Source: Parcubacteria group bacterium (lineage in GTDB: Bacteria; Patescibacteriota; Minisyncoccia; UBA6257). From it: a stretch of DNA of 64,000 bases. The stretch spans positions 2,171 through 66,170 of the forward strand of contig JAAZNP010000004.1 of NCBI GenBank assembly GCA_012798235.1, in the 5' to 3' direction. The translations under genes were made by a program, and so were the position numbers. Within the stretch, counting starts at the first letter, position 1, and each line of letters starts with the position of its first letter. Shown here piece by piece: positions 9,518 through 18,275 of this stretch. The notes beneath the pieces are model-generated. The model saw nothing but the letters and a program-made list of their open reading frames with translations. It did no database searches and was not told the origin of the DNA.

Positions 9518-10424
9518 TCTAATTATTATTGGCGCTGGACCAGCAGGAATTACTGCTGGTATTTATGCTGCGCGCAAAAAGATTAAAACTCTTTTAATTA
9601 CCAAAGATTTTACTGGCCAAGTTGGTTTATCTTGGAAAATAGAAAATTATCCTGGTTTTAAACAAATTAGTGGTCTAAAGTTAATGGAAAATTTGAAAAA
9701 TCATTTAAAAGAATACGAAATTGAAATCAAAAATTTTGAAGAAGTAAAACAAATTGTAAAAGATAATAATTACTTTCAAACTATTACTAATGAAAATAAA
9801 TATTTAGCAAGAACATTAATTATTGCCACTGGTGCTTTACCTAAAAAATTAGCGATAAAAAACGAAAAAAAATTTCTTGGCCACGGCTTATCTTATTGTT
9901 TAACTTGCGATGAAAAAGCTTTTGAAGGAAAAATTGTGGCAGTGATTGGCGGTGGTAATGCTGGCGCCGAAGCTGCTCTAGAATTACAAAAATTTTGTCC
10001 CAAAATTTATCTTTTAGAATATTTAGAAAATTTAACTGGTGATGAAATTTTGAAAGAAGAAGTGTTAAATAGTCCCTCGATTACAGTTATTACTAATGCT
10101 CAAGTATTAAGTTTTGAGGGTGAGAAAGAATTAGAAAAAATTATTTTTAAAGACAGAAAAACAAATAAAGAAAAAGAAATTTTAATTAATGGCTGCTTTG
10201 TTGAAATTGGAACAAAATCAAATACCGAATTTTTAGAAGGGTTAGTAGAATTAAATGAGAAAAAAGAAATCATCGTTGATCCTAAAACAATGGTAACCTC
10301 AGTAAAAGGAATTTTTGCTGCTGGCGATGTTGGTAATTTTAATCAAAAACAAATTATTCTTGCCTGTGGTCAGGGCGCTTTAGCAGCTTTATCAGCTTAT
10401 CAATATTTAAAAACATTAAAATAG
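9504..10424 (+). CDS. Thioredoxin reductase/AhpF-like FAD disulfide oxidoreductase
   Basis: GAGPAG, SYCLTCD, GGGNAG and FAAGD motifs. Confidence 0.9.
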   Translation: MDLYDLIIIGAGPAGITAGIYAARKKIKTLLITKDFTGQVGLSWKIENYPGFKQISGLKLMENLKNHLKEYEIEIKNFEEVKQIVKDNNYFQTITNENKYLARTLIIATGALPKKLAIKNEKKFLGHGLSYCLTCDEKAFEGKIVAVIGGGNAGAEAALELQKFCPKIYLLEYLENLTGDEILKEEVLNSPSITVITNAQVLSFEGEKELEKIIFKDRKTNKEKEILINGCFVEIGTKSNTEFLEGLVELNEKKEIIVDPKTMVTSVKGIFAAGDVGNFNQKQIILACGQGALAALSAYQYLKTLK

Positions 10425-10428
10425 AAGT

Positions 10429-12024
10429 ATGATTAATAAAAACAAAATTTTGGGCTTATTTTTAGTAATTACTTTAATTCTTTCGTTTTTCTCTTTTTAT
10501 TCATCTAGTAGAGCTCAAGAAAAAGAAGTTAATTTGTATTTTTTCTGGGGTCAAGGTTGTCCTCATTGTGCTCACGAGAAGCCATTTCTTGAATCATTAA
10601 AATCAAAATATCCTCAGTTAAAAATTTATGATTTTGAAGTTTGGTATAACCAGAAAAACAGAGATTTATTAATTGAGGTAGGAAAAAAACTAAAAATAGA
10701 TATTAGTGGCGTTCCTTTAACAATTATAAATGATCAGCCGATTATCGGTTATTATGATGATACTACCACCGGCAAACAAATCGAAGATTTAATAATTAAA
10801 TGTCTAAATAGCTCTTGTAAGGATTCGGTTAGAGAAATTGTTTTTAAAAATTTAACCACCACTACTAAAAAAGAAACTCCTTCAACCACTACTACCACTA
10901 CTATCTCTCAAAAAGAAATTAAAGCCTACCTTTTTTGGGCCGAAGGTTGTCCCTTATGCTCTGCTGAAAAGACTTTTTTAAATCAACTTAAAGAAGAATA
11001 TTCGAATTTAAATATTACCTATTTGAATGTTTCTAAAAATAACAATAATGATATTTTAAAACAAACAGTTGAAGAACTGAATATTGAAAATCCCAGTTTG
11101 CCATTATTAATAATCGGAGAAAAAACAATAATTGGGTGGCGCGATCAAGATACATCCGGCAAAGCAATACGCGATGCCATTAATTGTTATTTAGAAAATG
11201 AATGTCCTGACTTAGTTGGTCAAGTTTTAACTCGCTTTAATACTTTTGGTCAATTTACCAAAGATAAACCTTTGCCAGAAAAAATCAAAATTCCTTTAAT
11301 TGGAGACATAGAAACTAAAAATCTTTCCTTGCCGGCTTTAGCAATTATTATTGGTGGACTTGATGGTTTTAATCCTTGTGCGATGTGGGTGCTGATTTTC
11401 TTAATTACCTTACTTTTGAAAATGCAAGATCGCAAAAGAATGTGGATTTTAGGCTCTACTTTTATCGCTACCTCATCTGCTGTTTATTTTCTTTTTATGA
11501 ATGCTTGGCTTAATTTAATCCTCTGTTTAGGATTTATTTTTTGGATTAGGTTAGTGGTTGGGATCGTAGCTTTAGGTAGCGGTGTTTATAATTTGAGAGA
11601 TTATTTCACTAATCAGGAAGCTGCTTGTAAAGTAACTGATGCGAAACAAAAGAAAACGACCATGGATAAAATGAAAGATATTGTCCATCGCCGATCTTTC
11701 TTATTAGCTTTAATTGGTATTATTCTTTTAGCTGCTTCTATAAATTTAATCGAATTAATTTGTTCTGCTGGTTTTCCGGTGATTTTCACCCAATTATTGG
11801 CCTTGAGTAATTTAGCTAAATGGCAATATTATCTTTATATGCTTTTATACATTTTTGTCTTTATGCTTGATGATTTGATTGTTTTTATTGGCGCGATGAT
11901 TACTTTAAGAGTTACGGGTATTACTAATAAATATTCTCGCTTGTCTCATTTAATTGGTGGCATTTTGATGCTTTTAATTGGTTTGCTTTTGATCTTTAAG
12001 CCAGAATTATTGATGTTTGGCTAA
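10429..12024 (+). CDS. Exported tandem-thioredoxin protein fused to a DsbD/CcdA-like membrane domain
   Basis: Signal peptide; two Trx folds (CPHC, CPLC); Thr-rich linker; TM region with DGFNPC and ELICSAG cysteines. Confidence 0.75.
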   Translation: MINKNKILGLFLVITLILSFFSFYSSSRAQEKEVNLYFFWGQGCPHCAHEKPFLESLKSKYPQLKIYDFEVWYNQKNRDLLIEVGKKLKIDISGVPLTIINDQPIIGYYDDTTTGKQIEDLIIKCLNSSCKDSVREIVFKNLTTTTKKETPSTTTTTTISQKEIKAYLFWAEGCPLCSAEKTFLNQLKEEYSNLNITYLNVSKNNNNDILKQTVEELNIENPSLPLLIIGEKTIIGWRDQDTSGKAIRDAINCYLENECPDLVGQVLTRFNTFGQFTKDKPLPEKIKIPLIGDIETKNLSLPALAIIIGGLDGFNPCAMWVLIFLITLLLKMQDRKRMWILGSTFIATSSAVYFLFMNAWLNLILCLGFIFWIRLVVGIVALGSGVYNLRDYFTNQEAACKVTDAKQKKTTMDKMKDIVHRRSFLLALIGIILLAASINLIELICSAGFPVIFTQLLALSNLAKWQYYLYMLLYIFVFMLDDLIVFIGAMITLRVTGITNKYSRLSHLIGGILMLLIGLLLIFKPELLMFG

Positions 12025-12037
12025 GTCCCACTAATTG

Positions 12038-12086
12038 TTTTTTAATTTAAAACCGCGGTAAAAAACCGCAGTTTTAAATTAAAAAA
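12038..12086 (+). terminator. Probable intrinsic terminator of the redox operon
   Basis: Long AT-rich inverted repeat TTTTTTAATTTAAAACCGCGG/CCGCAGTTTTAAATTAAAAAA. Confidence 0.55.
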
Positions 12087-12111
12087 CTTGAAAATAAAAA
12101 TAAGAGGAGTA

Positions 12112-12131
12112 TTATGAATATATATTCATAA
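12112..12131. promoter_or_regulatory. Palindromic operator upstream of the DUF5320/DUF134 genes
   Basis: Perfect 20-bp palindrome TTATGAATATATATTCATAA. Confidence 0.55.
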
Positions 12132-12171
12132 AGGTCGGAAAGATTAAAATAAATAATTTAAAATTACTACT

Positions 12172-12387
12172 ATGCCAAGATTTGATGGAACCGGCCCTAT
12201 GGGTTTAGGGCCAAGAACTGGTCGTGGCTTAGGTCCTTGTGGAAGAGGTTATGGTTATCGTCGCTTTGCTTCTCCTAAAAATGAAGCTGCTGCTTTAGAA
12301 GATGAGATTCACACATTAGAAGAAGAATTAAAAGCTTTAAAAGAAGAGAAAGCAGCTTTAGACAAGGAACTAAAGGACCAAAAATAA
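12172..12387 (+). CDS. DUF5320 family protein
   Basis: MPRFDGTGPMGLGPRTGRGLGPC N-terminus with a coiled-coil C-terminus. Confidence 0.85.
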   Translation: MPRFDGTGPMGLGPRTGRGLGPCGRGYGYRRFASPKNEAAALEDEIHTLEEELKALKEEKAALDKELKDQK

Positions 12388-12453
12388 AAATTAAAAGATC
12401 TCTTTTCAACAAAGAGGTCTTTTAATATAATAATAAATTAATACATACAATAT

Positions 12454-12741
12454 ATGCCGAGACCAAGAATGCATCGTAGGATAAGGTGTCGCCTAAATGC
12501 TTTTTATTTTAAACCTCAGGGAATACCAATGAGGTATTTAGATGTGATAGAATTAACCCTAGAAGAAGCCGAGGCTTTAAGATTAAAAAATCTTTTAGAT
12601 TTAGAGCAGAAAGAAGCCGCTAAAAAAATGAAAGTCTCGCAACCTACCTTTTAAAGGGATTTAACTTCGGCTTATAAAAAAATAGCAGAGGCTTTAATTA
12701 CTGGTAAGGCTATTAAAATTGTTTGCGATGATAATAAATAA
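12454..12741 (+). pseudogene. DUF134 (UPF0251) putative DNA-binding protein interrupted by an in-frame TAA at 12652-12654
   Basis: MPRPR...FKPQGIP...EALRL...VSQPTF* continues in frame as RDLTSAYKKIAEALITGKAIKI, the normal C-terminal half. Confidence 0.85.
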
Positions 12742-12756
12742 TTAATCACTCAATTT

Positions 12757-13977
12757 ATGGACAATCAAAACGAAATGTTAAAAACTGCTCAGGAATTAAT
12801 TGAAAAAACTGGGCGAAAATTAAATCTTTTTCAAGAGGAAATTGATTTTCTTATTCAGCCGGATAGAGTAATTGAAATTAAGGTGCCGGTAAAAATGGAT
12901 AACGGCGTAATAAAAACTTTTGTTGGCTATCGTTCTCAGCATAATAATGTTTTAGGCCCTTATAAAGGAGGTATTAGATTCCATCAAAATGTTTCACGGG
13001 AGGAAGTGATCGCTCTCTCTACTTTAATGACTTTAAAATGTGCCGCTAATAGTTTACCTTTAGGAGGAGGAAAAGGCGGAGTAATTGTTAATCCAAAAGA
13101 ATTATCCGAAGAAGAATTAGAAAGATTATCAAGAGCTTATGCTAAAGCGATTGCTCCTTTTATTGGAGAAGACGTTGACGTGCCAGCACCTGATGTTAAT
13201 ACTGATGGTAGAATTATGATGTGGATGTTAGATGAATATGAAAAAACAATTGGTAAAAAATCACCCGCTACTTTTACTGGTAAACCAGTTGAATTTGGTG
13301 GTAGTTTAGGCAGAACTGAGGCTACTGGTAGAGGTGGAGTTATTGTCATGGGAAATTTATTAAAAGCTTTAAATAAAGATTATAAAACTATTGCCATTCA
13401 AGGATTAGGGAATGTTGGTTCTTATTTTGCAAAAATAGCATTTGAAAAAGGCTTTAAGATAGTGGCTTTATCTGATTCAAAGGGTGGAATTTATAATGAA
13501 AATGGCTTAAATCCTGATGAGGTAATAAAAATTAAAGAAGAAACTGGTAAAGTTAGTGATTACTCTGATGGTAAAGTTATTACTAACGAAGAATTATTAG
13601 AATTGCCGGTTGATATTTTAGTGCCAGCTGCTTTAGAAAATGTAATTACTAAGGATAATGCTTCAAATATCAAAGCCAAACTTATTATTGAAATGGCTAA
13701 TGGTCCAATTACCGAAGAGACTTATCCAATTTTGGAAGAAAAAGGAATTATTTCTGCGCCTGATATTTTAGCCAATGGCGGTGGCGTAATTGTTTCTTAT
13801 TTTGAATGGTTGCAAAATAGAAAGAATGAAAAATGGACAGAAGAAGAAGTTAATCAGAAATTAGAAGAACAATTAAAAACTGCCTTAAAGGAAATTTTAG
13901 ATATTAGCCAAGAATATAAAGTAAACTTAAAAGAAGCAGCTTTTATTTCTGCTTTAAAGAAAATTACCAAAAAATAA
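12757..13977 (+). CDS. gdhA: Glu/Leu/Phe/Val dehydrogenase (glutamate dehydrogenase)
   Basis: GPYKGGIRF, GGGKGG, DVPAPDVNT, RTEATGRG, GLGNVG and SYFEW motifs. Confidence 0.9.
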   Translation: MDNQNEMLKTAQELIEKTGRKLNLFQEEIDFLIQPDRVIEIKVPVKMDNGVIKTFVGYRSQHNNVLGPYKGGIRFHQNVSREEVIALSTLMTLKCAANSLPLGGGKGGVIVNPKELSEEELERLSRAYAKAIAPFIGEDVDVPAPDVNTDGRIMMWMLDEYEKTIGKKSPATFTGKPVEFGGSLGRTEATGRGGVIVMGNLLKALNKDYKTIAIQGLGNVGSYFAKIAFEKGFKIVALSDSKGGIYNENGLNPDEVIKIKEETGKVSDYSDGKVITNEELLELPVDILVPAALENVITKDNASNIKAKLIIEMANGPITEETYPILEEKGIISAPDILANGGGVIVSYFEWLQNRKNEKWTEEEVNQKLEEQLKTALKEILDISQEYKVNLKEAAFISALKKITKK

Positions 13978-14002
13978 AAACAAATAAAAAATTATTGAAA
14001 CA

Positions 14003-14028
14003 AAAACCCAGCCCTAAGGCTGGGTTTT
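14003..14028. terminator. Bidirectional intrinsic terminator
   Basis: AAAACCCAGCC-ctaa-GGCTGGGTTTT between convergent gdhA and tRNA-Pro. Confidence 0.8.
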
Positions 14029-14036
14029 AAATTCAG

Positions 14037-14109
14037 TCGGGCTGGTGGGACTTGAACCCACGGCCTTCTGCTCCCAAAGCAGACGCGCTAGCCACTGCGC
14101 CACAGCCCG
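14037..14109 (-). tRNA. tRNA-Pro(TGG)
   Basis: Cloverleaf; anticodon loop TTTGGGA. Confidence 0.95.
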
Positions 14110-14115
14110 GTGGTG

Positions 14116-14250
14116 CCCCCTCACTTGGAAAAGATAAATTTATTCTATAAATATAAATAGTTTTTTCTATTAGGGAACAATGGACAGATTATCTTATATA
14201 AATCACTTAATAGAAGTTTGGCGATAGCCAATCTTTTCCAAGTGAGGGGG
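14116..14250. mobile_element. Non-autonomous palindromic element, copy B, abutting the tRNA-Arg(TCT) 3' end
   Basis: 20-bp TIR CCCCCTCACTTGGAAAAGAT; internal TTGGCGATAGCCAA hairpin; similar to copy C. Confidence 0.75.
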
Positions 14251-14322
14251 TCCCCTCACGAGGAGTCGAACCTCGATTTCAGGCTTAGAAGGCCCGCGCT
14301 CTATCCATTGAGCTATGAGGGG
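14251..14322 (-). tRNA. tRNA-Arg(TCT)
   Basis: Cloverleaf with CCCCTCA/TGAGGGG acceptor stem; loop CTTCTAA. Confidence 0.93.
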
Positions 14323-14394
14323 ATTTGAAAAATTATAGCAGAAAACATCTTGAAAGAAAAGATTAAATAGCATATAATAAAACTGCCTTAATTT

Positions 14395-15690
14395 ATGGCT
14401 AAATCATATAAAATTATTGGCGGCAAGAAGTTAAAAGGAGAAATTTCTCTCGCTGGGGCTAAAAATGCAGCGACCAAGATTATGATTGCTTCTCTTTTGG
14501 CTGATTCGAAGTCAGTTTTAGAGAATATTCCTCAAATTGGAGATGTAGAAGTCACTTTAGATATCATTAAATCATTAGGAGCGACTTTCAAATGGTTAGA
14601 TCAGAATACTTTGGAAATTGATCCCACTACTTTAAAAAACTATATTGTTCCTTTAGAAGATAGCGGTAAAAACCGAGTACCTATTTTATTTTTTGGTCCC
14701 TTGCTTCATAAATTTGGGCAAGCCGAAGTACCTGTTTTAGGTGGTTGTAAAATTGGCTCACGGCCAGTAAATTTTCACATTGATGCATATACTAAATTAG
14801 GGGCAGAAATTGAATATCATGATCATAATTACACAGTTTCTACCAAAGGTTTACAAGGAGCAACTATTACATTAGATTATCCCAGTGTAGGAACAACAGA
14901 AAATATTTTATTAGGTGCTTGTTTAGCCAAAGGAACTACTGTCATTCAAAATGCAGCCATTGAACCAGAAATTGAAGATTTAGTGAGATATTTACAAGCC
15001 ATGGGTGCTATTATTTACCAAGATGTTAATCGTACTTGGGTAGTAGAAGGAGTACAGAAATTACACGGTGCTCATTACCGTATTATGAATGATCGTAATG
15101 AAGCTGTTTCTTTTGCTTGTTTAGCTCTGGCTAATCGGGGAGATGTTTTAATTAAAGGAGCTGAACAAAAATATTTAGTTACTTTTTTAAATTGGGTGCA
15201 GAAAATTGGAGGGCATTTTGAAGTTTTGGATGAAGGAATAAGATTTTTCGACAGCAATAGATTCCAGGGAGTAGCTTTGGAAACAGATGTGCATCCTGGT
15301 TTTATGACTGATTGGCAGCAACCATTTACGATTGTTTTAACTCAAGCTGAAGGAGTTTCTATTATTCACGAAACTGTTTATGAGAATCGCTTTGGCTATA
15401 CTGACGCCTTGAATAAAATGGGAGCTAAGATTTATTTGTTTAAAGAATGTTTAGGTAGTAAGCCTTGTCGCTTTAGCCATAAAGATTTTCTACATAGTGC
15501 GATTATTGTTGGCCCCACGCCCTTAAAAGGAGCGAAAATAGAAGTACCTGATTTAAGAGCAGGATTTTCTTACCTTATTGCTGCTTTAATTGCCGAAGGC
15601 AAATCAGAATTAACTGGTATTGAAATTATTGAAAGAGGATACGAGAATTTAAAACAAAGATTAATTAATTTAGGCGCAGATATTCAATAA
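14395..15690 (+). CDS. murA: UDP-N-acetylglucosamine 1-carboxyvinyltransferase
   Basis: GAKNAA, GGCKIGSRP, PGFMTDWQ, VYENRF, DLRAG and IERGYE motifs. Confidence 0.96.
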   Translation: MAKSYKIIGGKKLKGEISLAGAKNAATKIMIASLLADSKSVLENIPQIGDVEVTLDIIKSLGATFKWLDQNTLEIDPTTLKNYIVPLEDSGKNRVPILFFGPLLHKFGQAEVPVLGGCKIGSRPVNFHIDAYTKLGAEIEYHDHNYTVSTKGLQGATITLDYPSVGTTENILLGACLAKGTTVIQNAAIEPEIEDLVRYLQAMGAIIYQDVNRTWVVEGVQKLHGAHYRIMNDRNEAVSFACLALANRGDVLIKGAEQKYLVTFLNWVQKIGGHFEVLDEGIRFFDSNRFQGVALETDVHPGFMTDWQQPFTIVLTQAEGVSIIHETVYENRFGYTDALNKMGAKIYLFKECLGSKPCRFSHKDFLHSAIIVGPTPLKGAKIEVPDLRAGFSYLIAALIAEGKSELTGIEIIERGYENLKQRLINLGADIQ

Positions 15691-15722
15691 TTTAAAATTA
15701 AAAATTAAAAATTTATTCTGAT

Positions 15723-15795
15723 GGTGGCTATGGTGTAATGGTTAGCACGGCAGTCTGTGGAACTGTCAGTGAGGGTTCGAATCCCTCTAGTCACC
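15723..15795 (+). tRNA. tRNA-His(GTG)
   Basis: Cloverleaf with encoded G-1 and C73; loop CTGTGGA. Confidence 0.95.
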
Positions 15796-15800
15796 CTATC

Positions 15801-15835
15801 AAAAAATGCCCGGAGATGATCTCCGGGCATTTTTT
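15801..15835. terminator. Bidirectional intrinsic terminator
   Basis: AAAAAATGCCCGGAGA-tga-TCTCCGGGCATTTTTT. Confidence 0.85.
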
Positions 15836-15851
15836 ATTTTTCAAGAATTTT

Positions 15852-18080
15852 TTATCTTTTCATGCGATGACGTAAATATTCTAAGCGATATTCTCTGATT
15901 TTATTTTCTAAGCGGGCTAAAGCTAAACGGCCCTGAGGATTGAATTTTAAGTAATACCAAAGTAAGAAAGCTAAACCAATACTTAAGATAAGAGAAATGA
16001 TTAAGGAATCCTCAGCACCAGTAGCCACAGTAGCCGCGCCAGCTACTAAACCGTAAGTAATAGTAGCGCTATCACTAACTGTAGTTATATTAGAAGCAGT
16101 TGCTTGAGCAGTATTAGTATAGGTTAAATAGGTACCGGGGTTATTACTTATAGCTTGGAAAGTAATAGTTTTAGAAGCACCGCGGTTAATAGTACCTAAA
16201 GATAATCCAGTAGTGGTAATAGTATCAGCTTGAACTACACCATCAATTTTAGTAGTTCCAGCTCGATAACTAAAAACTGAAGGCAAGGGATCAGTTATAA
16301 CTACATTATAAAGATCATTAGCGCTACCAGCAGTAATTGTTAAGTAAAATTCAATAACATCGCCTTGAGCTACTCTAATATTTTTAGAATAGGAACGATC
16401 ACCAAAAGAAAGATTTCTGCCTAATTTAGTAAAACTCATGGAAGTTGTTGGTGCAGCTACATAAATAGTAACTGTTTGACTAACCTGGCCGCTATTACCA
16501 TAACAAGTTAAAGTATAGGTGGTTTGGGTATTAGGAGTAGTATTCTCATAACCAGTAATTGATTTCGTACCACTCCAACCATTAGAAGCCACACAATAAT
16601 TAGTATTATTAGAAGTCCAACGAAGATAAGTGCTTTCTCCTTGAGTTAAAGAATATTTATCAGCCCAGAAAGATAAAGTAGGAGTAACTGATTGGAGGCT
16701 AACATTGAAAGTCTCAGTATCACTGGTTGTATTATTGGAACAAGTTAAAGTAAAAGTGGAAGGATTTTGCAAATTGTAAATTGTTCTAGAACCATAAGTA
16801 GCTTGGCTACCAGTCCAGTAAGAATTACTGGGATTAGTAGAAGCAGTACAATAATTACAATTTGTAGTATTCCAAGTTAGAATAATATTATCGCCATTAG
16901 TAATACTATAATCATTGGAAATAAAATTAGTAATCACGCATTGGCTTGGAGTCACACAATTGTTTTGACAACTGGTTAATGAGGTATATTCTCCATTAGA
17001 AGCAACTACACATTGATAATTAGAGTTACAAGTATAGCGAGTAATAGGTGGTTGGCAAGCACTAGTACATTCGCTATAGGTGCCATAAGTACCATTAGTA
17101 GCTTGTGAACAAGTCCAGGTATTAGTATTGCAGTTGTATCTAACTGGAGCCACACAATTGTTTTGACAACTGGTTAATGAGGTATATTCTCCATTAGAAG
17201 CAACTACACATTGATAATTAGAGTTACAAGTATAGCGAGTAATAGGTGGTTGCACTGTTACAGTTAAATTTTTTGTATCAGAATTATTAGTACCACTACA
17301 AGTTAAAGAAAAGTAAGTAGTATTGGTTAAATTGTAAATTGTTTTAGAGCCATAAGTAGCTTGACTGCCATTCCAATAGGAATTACTAGGAGAAGCTGAA
17401 GCACTGCAATAATTACAATCGGAAGTATTCCAATTCAAGGTAGTAGAATCTCCGGAATTAACATTAGTATTACTAGCAGAGAAATTAGTAATTACGCATT
17501 GGCTTGGAGATGGAATAGTAAAAGCGCGAGTATTAGATACACCTACCGTAGGAGTAGAATAAGCATCAACTCGCGTATTGGATTTAGCATAAACCCAGAT
17601 TTTGCAGTACTGATAATTAGCTACTGAGGCAGGAATTGACCATTGGATTGATTGCGCATTGGTTTGTTTATTTAATGGAATATTATTAGCAATAATATAA
17701 TCATCATTATATAAACTAGTAGTATCACCGCAACCATATTTAACTAAAAAATAATCAAGAGGAGGGTTAAAAGAGGTAATGTAATAATTCCATTGAATAG
17801 TAATGGTTTTATTAGGAGTAATATAATTGCCTTCGATCGGTAAATAGCGGACGCTTTCGCTGGTATCATTATCATTAAACCCATTAACATTGATATTATT
17901 AATAAATACTCCACAATTATTGTAATTATTGGGACTTTTGGCAGGACAGGCACTAGGAATATTACCATAATCAGCAATGGTTAAAGCACGAGCAGGAAGG
18001 GTATTGACGAAAGAAAAGCCAGCCACAAAGATAATGGCTAAAACGCTTAATTGAAGAGATTTTTTCATATTTTTGTTCAT
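15852..18080 (-). CDS. Large cell-surface protein with Ig-like repeats, Cys-rich repeats, a DUF11-like domain and a C-terminal sortase-like anchor
   Basis: Signal peptide after ATG 18080/18068; repeated 'L.W.T....C.AS...W.GS...Y.LTC' modules; YTCNSNYQC repeats; VVITDPLP; VATG + TM helix + basic tail. Confidence 0.75.
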   Translation of the reverse strand: MNKNMKKSLQLSVLAIIFVAGFSFVNTLPARALTIADYGNIPSACPAKSPNNYNNCGVFINNINVNGFNDNDTSESVRYLPIEGNYITPNKTITIQWNYYITSFNPPLDYFLVKYGCGDTTSLYNDDYIIANNIPLNKQTNAQSIQWSIPASVANYQYCKIWVYAKSNTRVDAYSTPTVGVSNTRAFTIPSPSQCVITNFSASNTNVNSGDSTTLNWNTSDCNYCSASASPSNSYWNGSQATYGSKTIYNLTNTTYFSLTCSGTNNSDTKNLTVTVQPPITRYTCNSNYQCVVASNGEYTSLTSCQNNCVAPVRYNCNTNTWTCSQATNGTYGTYSECTSACQPPITRYTCNSNYQCVVASNGEYTSLTSCQNNCVTPSQCVITNFISNDYSITNGDNIILTWNTTNCNYCTASTNPSNSYWTGSQATYGSRTIYNLQNPSTFTLTCSNNTTSDTETFNVSLQSVTPTLSFWADKYSLTQGESTYLRWTSNNTNYCVASNGWSGTKSITGYENTTPNTQTTYTLTCYGNSGQVSQTVTIYVAAPTTSMSFTKLGRNLSFGDRSYSKNIRVAQGDVIEFYLTITAGSANDLYNVVITDPLPSVFSYRAGTTKIDGVVQADTITTTGLSLGTINRGASKTITFQAISNNPGTYLTYTNTAQATASNITTVSDSATITYGLVAGAATVATGAEDSLIISLILSIGLAFLLWYYLKFNPQGRLALARLENKIREYRLEYLRHRMKR
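16953..17252. repeat. Two identical 102-bp direct repeats (16953-17054 and 17151-17252)
   Basis: Nucleotide-identical copies encoding QPPITRYTCNSNYQCVVASNGEYTSLTSCQNNCV, separated by a diverged third copy. Confidence 0.9.
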
Positions 18081-18275
18081 ATTTTTATTTTTGTAGAACA
18101 AAGTAATTATAGCATAATTATAATAAAATGTCAATACTAGTAGCATCTTTCTACCAGATTTTGATCTTGCTTTAACTTTATCACAAAAATGGTATCTTGT
18201 CAAATATTTTAAAATATGCTATAATATAGGAAGATTATGGAAAAAGTAAGGAATTAAGTATATTATTAAATAAGT

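Noticed and set aside
7467-14322. Redox operon to gdhA block as a tRNA-integrated genomic island
   Set aside because: It is flanked by tRNAs, but no integrase or duplicated att sequence is visible, and tRNAs are scattered throughout this window.
16953-17252. Diversity-generating retroelement TR/VR pair
   Set aside because: The two copies are identical and in-frame within one gene, with no adenine-specific mismatches and no reverse transcriptase nearby.
18081-18203. N-terminal extension of the surface protein given by the ORF track
   Set aside because: The region contains the promoter (TTGACA-N17-TATAAT on the minus strand), and the signal peptide begins after ATG 18080/18068.
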